NCBI GenBank assembly: GCA_040954595.2 | Contig: CM082577.2 | Span: forward strand, 13,523,903-13,587,902 | DNA: 64,000 bases | Direction: 5' to 3' | Origin: Balanoglossus misakiensis | Lineage: Eukaryota > Animalia > Hemichordata | Part shown: positions 23,536 through 34,312 of the stretch, one piece after another | Position numbering within the stretch: the first letter of the stretch is position 1 | Layout: each line of letters opens with the position of its first letter | Notes under the pieces: model-generated | The model's database searches: none | Told to the model about the DNA's origin: nothing | Seen by the model: only the letters and a program-made list of their open reading frames with translations | Made by a program: the position numbers and the translations under genes

Positions 23536-26349
23536 ATGACACTACGTCTTTCTACATATAACTGTCGTGGCATAAAGTCATCAGTAGACTCTATTATGTC
23601 TCTCTGTAACGATCATGATGTTATACTCGTTCAAGAACACTGGCTGACGGAAGCGGAACTACCTCTTCTGTCGAGTATTCACAAAGACTTTAATGCATGT
23701 GGTATTTCTGCCATTCAAGATGACTGTGGAATTCGCATCGGGCGTCCATTTGGTGGAGTTGCAATCATGTGGCGTAAATCCTTGGGACAAAACTTTTCAA
23801 TAAAATATTTAGATGATACAAGACTTTTAGGTGCTGATATTGTTACATCTTCTGGAAAACTTTTTATTTTATGTGCGTACCTCCCGACCTGTTCTGGAGA
23901 AAATTATGACACTTATATGAATTATTTGGCAAAAATTAATTGCATTATTAATGATATTGACACAACGAATGTTATAATTCTTGGCGATTTTAAGGCTAAC
24001 TTTGGTACAATATTTGCTAGGGAGCTTGATATTTTTTGTAAAGAACATAATTTGTATATCTCCGATGTTGAAAAGCTTGGTAGATGCAATGATAATTTTA
24101 CATTCGTTAGTGATGCACATGGTAGTACTGGTTGGTTGGACCATATTTTGAGCACCCATGCAGTACATAATGCTATTTCTAGTATTGGTATTTTGTATGA
24201 TTATGTGTCCTCTGACCATTTTCCTCTCTCTGTAAATATTGATATTGTTGGGTTAGTACATACAGATCCGACTCCACAAAATGTGACCAATGCTCATGTG
24301 AAGCCTAACTGGAGTAAAGCGACACCCAGGAACTTGTCTGCTTATGAACATATGACGGAGTGCTTACTCCGTAGACTGGATATCCCAAATGTTGCTCTTG
24401 TATGTCGAGATCCTAACTGTAAGAATATAGATCACATTAGCAGTCTAAATTCTTTGTATTCGAATATTGTTACTTCTCTTAAATCAGCTGCGTTGAACTG
24501 CATTCCTGCTTCGAAGGCAGAGGGGTTGGGTTTTAAAACTGTTCCAGGTTGGAATGAACATGTACGTGATTTTCACAATGCCGCTCGTGATGCATTTAAA
24601 TTATGGGCTGCTAATGGCAGGCCTAGGTTTGGCCCGCTCTTTGATCTCATGCGCAGAACTCGTGCAAAATTTAAGTCGGTTTTACGGGCGTGTAGAAGAG
24701 ATGAAAACGTAGCCAGGGCCCAGGCTTTGGCCAACAACTTGACGCAGGGGGGCACACGTAAGTTTTGGCAGTCTGTACATACCACTCGTGGTTGTTTATC
24801 TTCGCTTCCGACCAGTGTAGGTGGCTGCACCGGTCATGAAAATGTTGCCGATATGTGGAAACAACATTATGAAAGTTTGTTGAATTCTGTTTCGAACTGT
24901 CGTGATAGAGCATTTGTATTGTCATCGTTAAATGAAACTGGTTCCCACAACAATGCCATGGTTGTTACTGCGACGGAACTAAAAGGGTGTATTGATAAGC
25001 TTGAGAAGGGAAAGGCATTGGGCTATGATGGTCTTGGTGCCGAACATCTCATGTATGCAAGTCCAATCATTTGCGTTATGTTGAGTTTATGTTTTACTAG
25101 TTTTTTTACACATGGTTATTTACCTGAGACTTTAATGCACGCCATTATTTGTCCTATTGTGAAGGATAAATCCAAAGATCTTACTTCTGTGGATAATTAT
25201 AGGCCCATTGCAATTGTCACGGCCATCTCGAAAGTTCTGGAACTTTGTATTCTATCTCGTATTGATTCACTCTTAGATACAAGCAATTTACAGTTTGGTT
25301 TTAAAAGTAATCACTCTACCGACATGTGTATCTTTGTTCTCAAAGAAATTGTTGACTTTTATAAGAGGCATAATACGCCAGTTTACCTCTGTTTTATGGA
25401 TGCTACGAAAGCTTTTGATAGGGTCAACCACTGGACTTTGTTTAGAAAACTGATTAACTGCAAGATACCTCTTTTTATTATTCGTATTTTACAATATTGG
25501 TATAGTAATCAATGCTTTTCTGTGCGCTGGGCATCTGTAATTTCTAATTCCTTCAGTGTTATTAACGGTGTACGGCAAGGAAGTATTCTTTCACCCAAAC
25601 TGTTCGCTATATATGTAAATGATTTAAGCGGTCAGCTGCAATCAGCCGGGGTTGGCTGTTACCTAGCTAATACCATTGTTAACCATTTGTTCTATGCAGA
25701 CGATTTAGTCTTGATTTGTCCGTCGGTCAAAGCATTACAGAAACTGAGTAACATTTGTGAACTTTATGGAAATGAGCATGATATTATTTTTCATACTGCA
25801 AAGACAGAGTGTATGGCAATTTTCCCAAAGTCTTGGAAAGCACACAGAATTCCTTGTGTATATTTGTATGGTAAACCTCTTAAGTATGTATGTACAAAAA
25901 AGTATCTTGGCTATATTATGTCTTCTTCGGGTATGGATGATGCTGATATGCAGCGGCAGCTTCGTTGCTTTTATGCTAGAGCTAATTTTATTTTGCGTAA
26001 TTTTGGCCATTGCTCACATAAGGTGAAGTGCACTCTTTTTAAAAGTTTTTTATATAGTGTTTATTGTCTTAACGTGTGGTGTAACTACAGTGTCAAACAA
26101 ATGTCTACTTTAAAAGTTGCGTATAACAATGCCTTAAGATTGATTTTTAATCTGAAACGCGATGTAAGCATAAGTCATAACTTTGTAAGTAGGAATATTT
26201 TGAACTTCACCTCGCTACATCGAAAGTTGGTTTTCTCCTTTTGCCAACGCTTACAAAAAAGCGGTAACCCGGTTATCCGCAGCTGTATACAGACTGACTG
26301 TTACTTTTTATCTACATTCTGGGGGCATTGCAGGGTTGTTCTTCATTAA
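23536..26349 (+). CDS. LINE ORF2: AP endonuclease plus reverse transcriptase
   Basis: 937 aa uninterrupted; YNCRG, QEHW, GDFK(A), SDH (APE); NYRPI, QFGF, KAFDRV, GVRQGSILSP, YADD, YLG (RT). Confidence 0.95.
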   Translation: MTLRLSTYNCRGIKSSVDSIMSLCNDHDVILVQEHWLTEAELPLLSSIHKDFNACGISAIQDDCGIRIGRPFGGVAIMWRKSLGQNFSIKYLDDTRLLGADIVTSSGKLFILCAYLPTCSGENYDTYMNYLAKINCIINDIDTTNVIILGDFKANFGTIFARELDIFCKEHNLYISDVEKLGRCNDNFTFVSDAHGSTGWLDHILSTHAVHNAISSIGILYDYVSSDHFPLSVNIDIVGLVHTDPTPQNVTNAHVKPNWSKATPRNLSAYEHMTECLLRRLDIPNVALVCRDPNCKNIDHISSLNSLYSNIVTSLKSAALNCIPASKAEGLGFKTVPGWNEHVRDFHNAARDAFKLWAANGRPRFGPLFDLMRRTRAKFKSVLRACRRDENVARAQALANNLTQGGTRKFWQSVHTTRGCLSSLPTSVGGCTGHENVADMWKQHYESLLNSVSNCRDRAFVLSSLNETGSHNNAMVVTATELKGCIDKLEKGKALGYDGLGAEHLMYASPIICVMLSLCFTSFFTHGYLPETLMHAIICPIVKDKSKDLTSVDNYRPIAIVTAISKVLELCILSRIDSLLDTSNLQFGFKSNHSTDMCIFVLKEIVDFYKRHNTPVYLCFMDATKAFDRVNHWTLFRKLINCKIPLFIIRILQYWYSNQCFSVRWASVISNSFSVINGVRQGSILSPKLFAIYVNDLSGQLQSAGVGCYLANTIVNHLFYADDLVLICPSVKALQKLSNICELYGNEHDIIFHTAKTECMAIFPKSWKAHRIPCVYLYGKPLKYVCTKKYLGYIMSSSGMDDADMQRQLRCFYARANFILRNFGHCSHKVKCTLFKSFLYSVYCLNVWCNYSVKQMSTLKVAYNNALRLIFNLKRDVSISHNFVSRNILNFTSLHRKLVFSFCQRLQKSGNPVIRSCIQTDCYFLSTFWGHCRVVLH

Positions 26350-27389
26350 GTTTTTGGGATTTTTTTTTTCTTTCTTTTGTGTCTTTCTTTTATGGAGTTG
26401 TTTCTGGGTTTGTTTTGTATGTTTTTTTTAAAGTATGGGCATACGGCCTGAATTAAAGAATAAATAAAATAAAAATAGATATGCTGTCCAAAGGGAGGAT
26501 CATTTCCCGCCAAATAGTGTCACGTGACACAAGTTTCCTTCACGTAATGACCTTCAAGTTTCAGCCCCGCTGACGGCTAACACTTCTGGACGAAGTGTTT
26601 GAAATTTGTAGCGTATCTTGTTAGGGAATTGCCCAGAGACGGTGTGGTTGGTCTTTCAAACATATTTATTTGAAACCTACAGGTACGGGACTCATTGTTT
26701 GTGATGCAGAATCGAATTTTTAAATGTGAAATGACTTGTTATTGTGTGTGAAGTGCCTTTGTCCTTTTATGTTGTTCGGAGCATCTTTTATATATGGCAA
26801 TAAAATAGCAATACTGTTGACTTCTAACAATTTGTGCGATATCTGTTCTTGTTGTTGACCTTGAATGAACTCGGTCCGGGTAGTGTTGACTTGTGTTGTG
26901 AATAACCAAATCGAACTCCGGGTTACACATATTTTACGAGTCATTTTAATGAGCTAGTCTTGTCTACGTATGGTTAACACGGCCAACAACAAAACTCAAG
27001 ACATTTATTTTTTTATCGGGTGTTGACAGCATCATTTGAATACAATGGCCTCTCCAGTCAAGGAGCAGGTGGTTATCGTAGGCGTGGTGTGGGGGTTTTA
27101 CACGATGACCGCAATTTCAAGAGAGTGACGTCGTCACCCTATCGAAATTGGCAGAATGATTCCATGATTGAAAGGTAATGAAATACACGGTTAAAACACA
27201 AATGTACACAAAAGGCATACCGCTATGCATCTATAACTGTTCAAACAATCACAGTATTGTGAATGGCAATGTGTCAGGCCAAAGTACCGCATATTTAAGA
27301 GGGGAGGAACTACTAAGGATAAGGAAGACGTGATGAGGTATTTCATTGATTCAACAACCTCCTGGGGGCGCTGTCATTGCAATGCAGTA

Positions 27390-28130
27390 GAGATATTCAC
27401 AAAATACTAGTACCGGTACTATTGAATTGTGCGTATTGCCAATATGCGGTGAACATGCGACTGAAGGAAACCAGTTCTTCTGACAGCCCGTTGACAAGTT
27501 CTCGAATGGTACCAGTCATTTGCACAAGGCACTTTTTCTTCTTACTCTCTGGACCCTCAGATACACTAACACTCTCCCATTTCAGCCAACAGGTTTGTTT
27601 CTCTACACATGATAATGGCTCTAGTTTGTCTTTCACACGCTGGACTCCACACTTCTGTCATGCTCTGTTGATACAGCCAAGATCATTATGTTTGCTGTCA
27701 GCTTCTTTTGCACAAAGACTCATCTCAACTGCATCATACTTATTGTTGATTCTCATTGCTGATAAGTTGAATCTGGTAGCCAATTTGGTGACTTCTTTCA
27801 ACTTCAACTCAATGTTCACACAATATTCACATAAACATTGGTTAAGTGTTTGGTGTTGTTGAACCTTGACATTTTTTGACCTCAATTCACAGAACTTGGA
27901 AAGCCCAACTTGATTTTCTGGATTTTCCTGTGACCACTGCCTGTGAACGTTTTTCAATGATTTATTCAGAATATGAGTCTGAAGCGATGTCTTCTTACTG
28001 ACAGTGTTTTTTCCCTGGTAACTGAACAGACACATCTGGGCGAATATAGAAATCATGTATTGATTTTTTAGCAATGCATGGCACACTATCAGATCTTTGC
28101 CTTTTCTCCAAAGTATTGGTGGATGAGGCT
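27390..28130 (-). pseudogene. Decayed DNA-transposase fragment (Sola2-like, tentative)
   Basis: GLSKFCELRSKNVK..CLCEYCVN and LKWESV..FTAYWQYAQF in broken frames; cut at 28131 by the piggyBac TTAA. Confidence 0.5.
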
Positions 28131-28134
28131 TTAA

Positions 28135-29900
28135 CCCTTTGACCCCCATTTCGGCCTGCCTATTGTCCCTACACATAGCGGAATTAAACGGCCGAGCGCC
28201 ACCATGAGTCAAAATCCCAATGCGGAATGAAACGGCCCTTCTGTTAACGCCAGTCAAAACATTAATTACTCGTTTCCTAAAAGCTATTGGGTGTTTCACT
28301 TTTCAAGGCGGGAAACTTTAGTTTCTAAGCAACAGAACTGTAGTGACAGGACCATATTTATACAGAATGATTTACGGCGGGAGAGGTTTTTCGCGGGCGA
28401 TAAATCGACTTTCGATGTTGAATTTTCGGGTCCGACTTACATCTTAGACTTTTCGAAGCAGTCGATTAACATTTTTGAACTTTTTCTTACTGAAGATTTT
28501 GTTGAACTGTTAGTGCGGGAAACAAATGCTTACGCGGAATTCAAGCAGGAACAAGCCGGTCACCGTGACTCAGAGTGGTAGGCCCTATAACACAGACGCA
28601 ACCGAACTGCGCGCCTACTTTGGAATGATGATTCTCATGGGCATCACAAAGTCCCTGAAGTCAAGCACTACTGGGCAAGTGACGATCGTTTGAATGTGCC
28701 TGGAATTTCCAAGGTAATGCCCAGAAATCGGTTCATGAAAATCAGCCAGTATCTCCATCTGAGTGGTTCCCGTAACGAGCCAGATGCAAGAGACCCTCAC
28801 AGAGATCGTTTTGTATAAAGTCTGCTCTATGGTAGATCTTGTTAGAGAGACTTTTCCTGAACATTATTATCCTCACAGGGAAATTGCAATTGATGAGGCC
28901 ATGTGTAAATATAAGGGTGGGTCTCACATGATTCAGTATATGCCTGGAAAGCCAGTGAAATGGGGCTTCAAAATTTGGTCTGCTGCTTGCCTTAAAACTG
29001 GCTACACTCTCGACATGTTTCCGTACACGGGGGAAAAATCCAAGAGAGAGGGCTTGGGTACCAGGTTGTTTATCATTTGACCGAGTGTTATTTCAACATG
29101 GCTCATCATATTTATTATGATAATTTTTTCAGTAGTGTCCAACTTGCACTTGATCTTCTTGACAGGGATGTATATATCACTAGTACTATTCGACAGAATT
29201 GAAAGGGGCTTCCACAGCAAATCAAAACAAAACCGAAAATGAAATGGGGGATTGTGTTGTTCTGCAGAGTGGGAGGCTTTTTGATTATAAGTGGTTCGAC
29301 ACTCGAGATGTGAGAATGCTGACAACAATATCTCCCCTGGGGGTGAAAACCAAACAACGGCTGGGAAAACTTTCTTTACTCCACATGTAATATTGCAATA
29401 CAATAAGTATATCGGTGGGGTAGATAAAAGTGATCAGATGTCAGTGTATCAGTCCATTTCATATAAATACATGAAAAATGGGAAGTATCTATTTTTCTTT
29501 TTTCTGCAGCGCATGATTGTTAATTCTTTTATTTTGTACAAAATTGCACACACTCCGGATCAAAGGAGAAAATACAGGGGTCTTGATTTCAAATTAGATT
29601 TATCAAGCCAGTTGATCGCAGGGTATACCAATAGAAAACAAAGAGGCCCCCTTCCCAAACGCCAGCAACAGAAAGTAGTTTGAACGCAATCAATATCCAC
29701 TCCCACAAATGTGAAAAAAATGGACCCCAATACCAAAAGGCCCGAAAGAATATGCAGGCACTGCTCAAAATTGAAAAGAAAAACTGCTAAGGGTTACCCT
29801 GTCCAAACAATCTTCGGCTGCAAGCTGTGTGGGGTTTATCTGTGTAAAAACACGGTTTATTGAATACCACTGTAGCATTATGCAGCACTGAGTGTCACTG
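28135..29900 (+). mobile_element. Decayed piggyBac element (DDE_Tnp_1_7-type pseudogene)
   Basis: TTAA|CCC left end at 28131-28137. Fragments FELF..LVRETNAYA, IAIDEAMCKYKG, YMPGKPVKWGFKIW, DNFFSS, YNKYIGGVDKSDQ and a Cys-rich C-terminus, with many frameshifts. Confidence 0.9.
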
Positions 29901-30105
29901 TGAGAATGTAAAGTGTGTTTAAATTTGAAATAAAAGTTCATTGTTCTTAGAATTTTATTGTGGTGTAATGTCATATCATAGTTGTGTATTTGTAGAGTGT
30001 TATAATTTGCCTCTATGCAGTGAGAGTGAAAGTTTGCTGTGAGTGAGAAAGTTTTGGGAATCTGGGGGTATTGATATGCAAATTTAGAGTGGGGAGACTC
30101 ATGTA

Positions 30106-30680
30106 CAGTGAAACCTGTCAATTACGGACACCCTCGGGAATAGCCTTACTGTCCGTAATTTAGAGATGTCCGTAATTGTAAAACTCATTAATATTCATGA
30201 CGTGACGTGCCTGAGTTATCACATTACGGACACATGACACAACCTTCAATGGCCAATAGTGTAACAAATACGATACGCACTCATTGCACACGCACACTTG
30301 TACAAACAACGCAATAAATTTCAACTTTTCATTCACTGTTATTTTTATTACTATGTTATTACCAATCAATTCTGAAAAATATACAAAGCGAAATAAATAA
30401 AATGAAATGGGATGTACACCTGAAACTCAACTGCAAGTAAACAAACTCAAACATGAAAAATTATGCAAGAAATAAGACTTCATTTTACGGAGTTAAAAGT
30501 TCATCTACAACTGCTAAAAAACCTATCAAGTGTCTGCTGCCTGGCTGCGTGGTGACGATTCGCGATTGCTTTCTGAAGTTCTTCTTCGATGCCGACGAGG
30601 CTTCCAATGATCTCCGGGTGCTTATCTAGGGCAAACTTCTTGATGTTGGCAATCAAACGAAGTAATACATAATAGGCCTT
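30106..30680 (-). mobile_element. Truncated pogo/Tigger-like element (one TIR plus transposase C-terminus)
   Basis: TA|CAGTGAAACCTGTCAATTACGGACACC terminus; minus-strand peptide ends RQQTLDRFFSS, a PIP-box-like tail typical of pogo transposases. Confidence 0.6.
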
Positions 30681-33620
30681 AAAGGGTTCACACCAAGTCG
30701 ATCGCTTACTCTTCATTTATGACCGTAACTGTTTTAGTGTTTTTTAGCAAGTGCCATCAGAAAGGTTCTGCGAGCTACTCCTTTCTTGACCAGTGACTTG
30801 TAGGTTGATGTCAGGGTTTTTACAGATACCAACTAGTTCCCTCTATTCGTCAGCAGAAGCTAACCCTAAAGCTTTATAATGCAGCCTTCTTACTTGGAGA
30901 CAAATTTGTATAGTATACCAGGTTCACCCAGCTGGGTGATCATCAGTTGTATGATGATGGGTTGAAAAGGGGAAAATAACACGAGTCATGAACGAATTCT
31001 TTGGACGCTCTGATGCTCCCGTGGTTGCTGAGTGTCAGAGTATCCAAACACAACTGAATCTTTAAGTTGAAATACTTACCTTGATGCATTTCCAAAAAAG
31101 AGTAGTCCCTCTTCTTCTTCTCCACTTGAGACCCCCAATTCGAGCTTTCTGTTTTAGTGGTCCCCTCTGATTCCTCCGACCCCCTCCCCCACATGCCACA
31201 CATCAATAATTCAAATTCATGTAATTTCAATAGCAAACTTTAAAATTAATTTAGAGAAATTAACTATAAAACGTGAGATTCAGTTGTTTTTCTTTAAACA
31301 TTCTCTAAAAAATCATTTTTGATCAAATGACAATTTTGCACAAAATTCTTTATTATGTCATAACGAATGGTAACACATTTTCAATGTTAGCGATACTCGA
31401 CCTGGAACAACATTCAATGGGTATTGTTCTAAGCAAAGCGAACACTACTTAATTAGTCCTATGGAAATCACTCGGATGCTACGAGCAATACACACAAAAG
31501 CACTAAAAACTTTGACGCAAACTGCAGCGATTGTTTGTAAACTCAGACACTTAACAAGTTTAAGCATTGATGCGGTGTGACATCAGAAACATTTCTTTAT
31601 AGTGCATTAGTTATTCATGTATAACAAGTAATGTACACATCGTAGGTCCACTCAAATTATTTCCAACCAAAGGAAGAAAGCTTAAATTTTTCTCTCTTGT
31701 TTCATGTTCGAAAATATCAAAAATATTTATTTTTGTGGGGTTATCTGTCTCCATGTACTTAATCTATGATTTGTAAGTTGTGAACATTGCTAAGATTAAA
31801 AGATAATAAACACATTGTTGTTATTTTCAAGACAATATAGTCAATTTCTTATTCTCTATTTCTACATAACAGCATAATTTTTTTAAATCTAAAAGTACTT
31901 AAATTCTTTATTTAGAAAATTATTGTTACTCTCTCACAATTTATAAACATGTAACACATTGGTTACGTTACATATAACATTTTATAGTTCTGTGTTCCGT
32001 TTATACAAGTTTACATCATTTGGAAGCATGTCATACATAATAAGCACATACAATTTGACAGTTTTCTCACTGCAGTTACATGTATTTTTCTGTTATACCA
32101 TAACTGTACTTGCAATAACATATGCATCAGCACCATTTGGGCCATGAATGACGATGCTTGTGTCTGGCGATAAACTTCTAGGATTTCATTAAAGAGGTGC
32201 CCTGTTGAATTAAAAAAGCATAACATTGTTACGCAGTCTGTTACCTTTTAAGGTAAAAGAATAATTATGCAATAGAAGATTCCATTAATTAATCTGCTTA
32301 TTTCTCGTTGATATGTTTTTTTTTTAAGCGGGTGTCGTCCTGTCTGTGCACTGTCATACATCACAGCTGCTAAGTCAAATTAGGCGCATAGTAAAACTGC
32401 TACATACAATGTACATCCTTGAAAACGATGTATATGTGGTTGTTACTATGGCTAACATTGCATCGTTACTTTTGTATCACATTTCCAGTTTACTTTAATA
32501 TAACCTGTATTTTGCAGGGTCTCAGTGGAGTGGGAACAATGCAGATGGCGTTTTTATAAACAGAAATAGTGTCGCGCATGTGCACTTCAGAAGATCTTCC
32601 CTTTAACCTTTGCGAATGATATAGTCACAAACCTGTGGAAGCTAGTAACTTCAAAAAGTGCCCCTATACATAATCAGATATCACCCTCAGTGATTCAAAG
32701 TTACATTTTTGGTTGAATAAATAAAATGAAGGGGGGGGGGGGGTAGAAAGGGGGCGTGAAATGATGCTTTGGAGAGAGATCGTTTTACTATGATTTAGTG
32801 TGTGTAAAGCACAAAATACGCACCTCTGTAGGCTCTCCTTCTTCTGGTGGGGACCTGGTGGAAAGTAAAAGAAATGCATCAAACTATGAATTGGCGTGAC
32901 AAGGGTGGGGTTACTTCACATTTTCAAAGGTTACAAACAGCATTAAAGATTTTTAAGTACATGTACGTTGAAGAGACCTCGTTATCCACAATGAAAAACC
33001 AGCAAATGCGTAGTTCTGACAATGACACGCAAATACAAATCATTGCCTTTCGGACGCCGCGCGCAGAAAGAATGCTGCAGGTAGGTTGCAGTTAACAGAG
33101 GAAGATTTACAGTTGTTAGAATATGTCGCTTACAAGCGATGTCAAGTACACCTTGACGGACACGCCAATAGCGTATTGCTACCGACGAACGATTAAAACC
33201 CATCTAGCTTACCAGCTTAATTAATGTCATGTACTTCAGCAGGTGTTTACAATTGTTGTAGATGTTACATAACATTTCATGTACTAAAGCTGCCTAAACG
33301 TGACTTATATGCGCCAACAGAAAATTAATTTACGTCTAATAATTATACTAGAAACTTTCGTAAGTTTAACCATTGCATGACTTCTCGGCATGAGACTTTC
33401 TACACGTTCCATTGACAACGGCTTGGAAATGTAATAATAAAGGTATACGGTCGTCAATGCAAATTTAATCACTATCACCCTAAAAATAACTATAACCAGT
33501 CACAGATTTCAATCGTGGCACACGCGAAAAAAAAGTTCGCCTCAACATGGTCATTCGAAGACTTAGACACACCCTTTGACCATAGGTATATGTAAATTAA
33601 CCAGGTCCGTTACGTGTAAC

Positions 33621-34258
33621 CATATATAAATATGAAATAGAGTTATGAAGCACTCTGTGATCAACGAGTTGAAACTACAGCATGAGCTTTCGGGCTCTGT
33701 AGTCCTCTTCATCAGATGCACACGTGGAATGAACAGAGAAACAGAGAATCATGGAGTATTCAAAGCAGGAAATATGTGCAGGATCAGGTGCATCAGAAAA
33801 TAAAAGATGGGTTGGGTGTGAAAATTAAATAATGGACATGTTAATGAGAATGCAAATTTGTTAATGGGGTATCGGACTGCAGAAAACTGACAGTTATATG
33901 TAGCGTGACATAAAACCATAGTCCCACATCTACACAGTCAAAATGTTCGATTAACTTGTAAACCTGCAAACAATTCCCACAAGCTGTATATATAGGTCAA
34001 ACTGGACAGTCACTGCGGAAACACGTTAACAACCACAGATTTGACATACAGAATGGTAACAAACACAAACCCGTCAGTGAACATTTCAACAGACCAGGAC
34101 ATTCCACAACTAACTTTACCGTGACAGCCCTAAAAAGGCAAACTATAAAAACAACCGTGAACGTGAAGTAGATGAACTGAACTGAGTGCTACATAACTTT
34201 ATTTCATATTGTACTGAAGATCAACACGGCAATACTCTTACTTGCATATATAAATATG
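33621..34258 (+). mobile_element. Penelope-like retroelement remnant (GIY-YIG fragment with inverted pLTR piece)
   Basis: ~33957-34140 encodes CKTCKQ..YIGQTGQSLRKHVNNH..PVSEHFNRPGH. Inverted repeat ~33629-33655 vs ~34184-34210. CATATATAAATATG direct repeat at 33621 and 34245. Confidence 0.8.
33680..33719 (-). ncRNA. Minimal type I hammerhead ribozyme
   Basis: Minus strand GCAT-CTGATGA-AGA-GGACT ACAG AGCCC-GAAAGCTC-ATGC: CUGAUGA/GAAA core, stem I GCAU/AUGC, stem II with one mismatch, palindromic AGCU stem III. Confidence 0.7.
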
Positions 34259-34312
34259 TAATTATTGTCTTGTAATGGTTATCTTCGGAGTGGTAGCTTA
34301 TTCAACAGTCCC

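Larger units (their letters stand above)
22010..26478 (+). mobile_element. Full-length non-LTR retrotransposon (L2/Crack/Daphne-like)
   Basis: Tandem ORF1 and ORF2 separated by 8 nt, short T-rich 3' UTR, A-rich tail (GAATAAATAAAATAAAAAT). The 5' boundary is approximate and no TSD was found. Confidence 0.85.

Noticed and set aside
23869-26026. Antisense and alternate-frame ORFs overlapping LINE ORF2
   Set aside because: Shadow ORFs of a long coding region with no independent motifs.
27658-28299. 213-aa minus-strand ORF as a single gene
   Set aside because: Chimeric: its first part is the antisense of the piggyBac left end and the rest is a transposase fragment.
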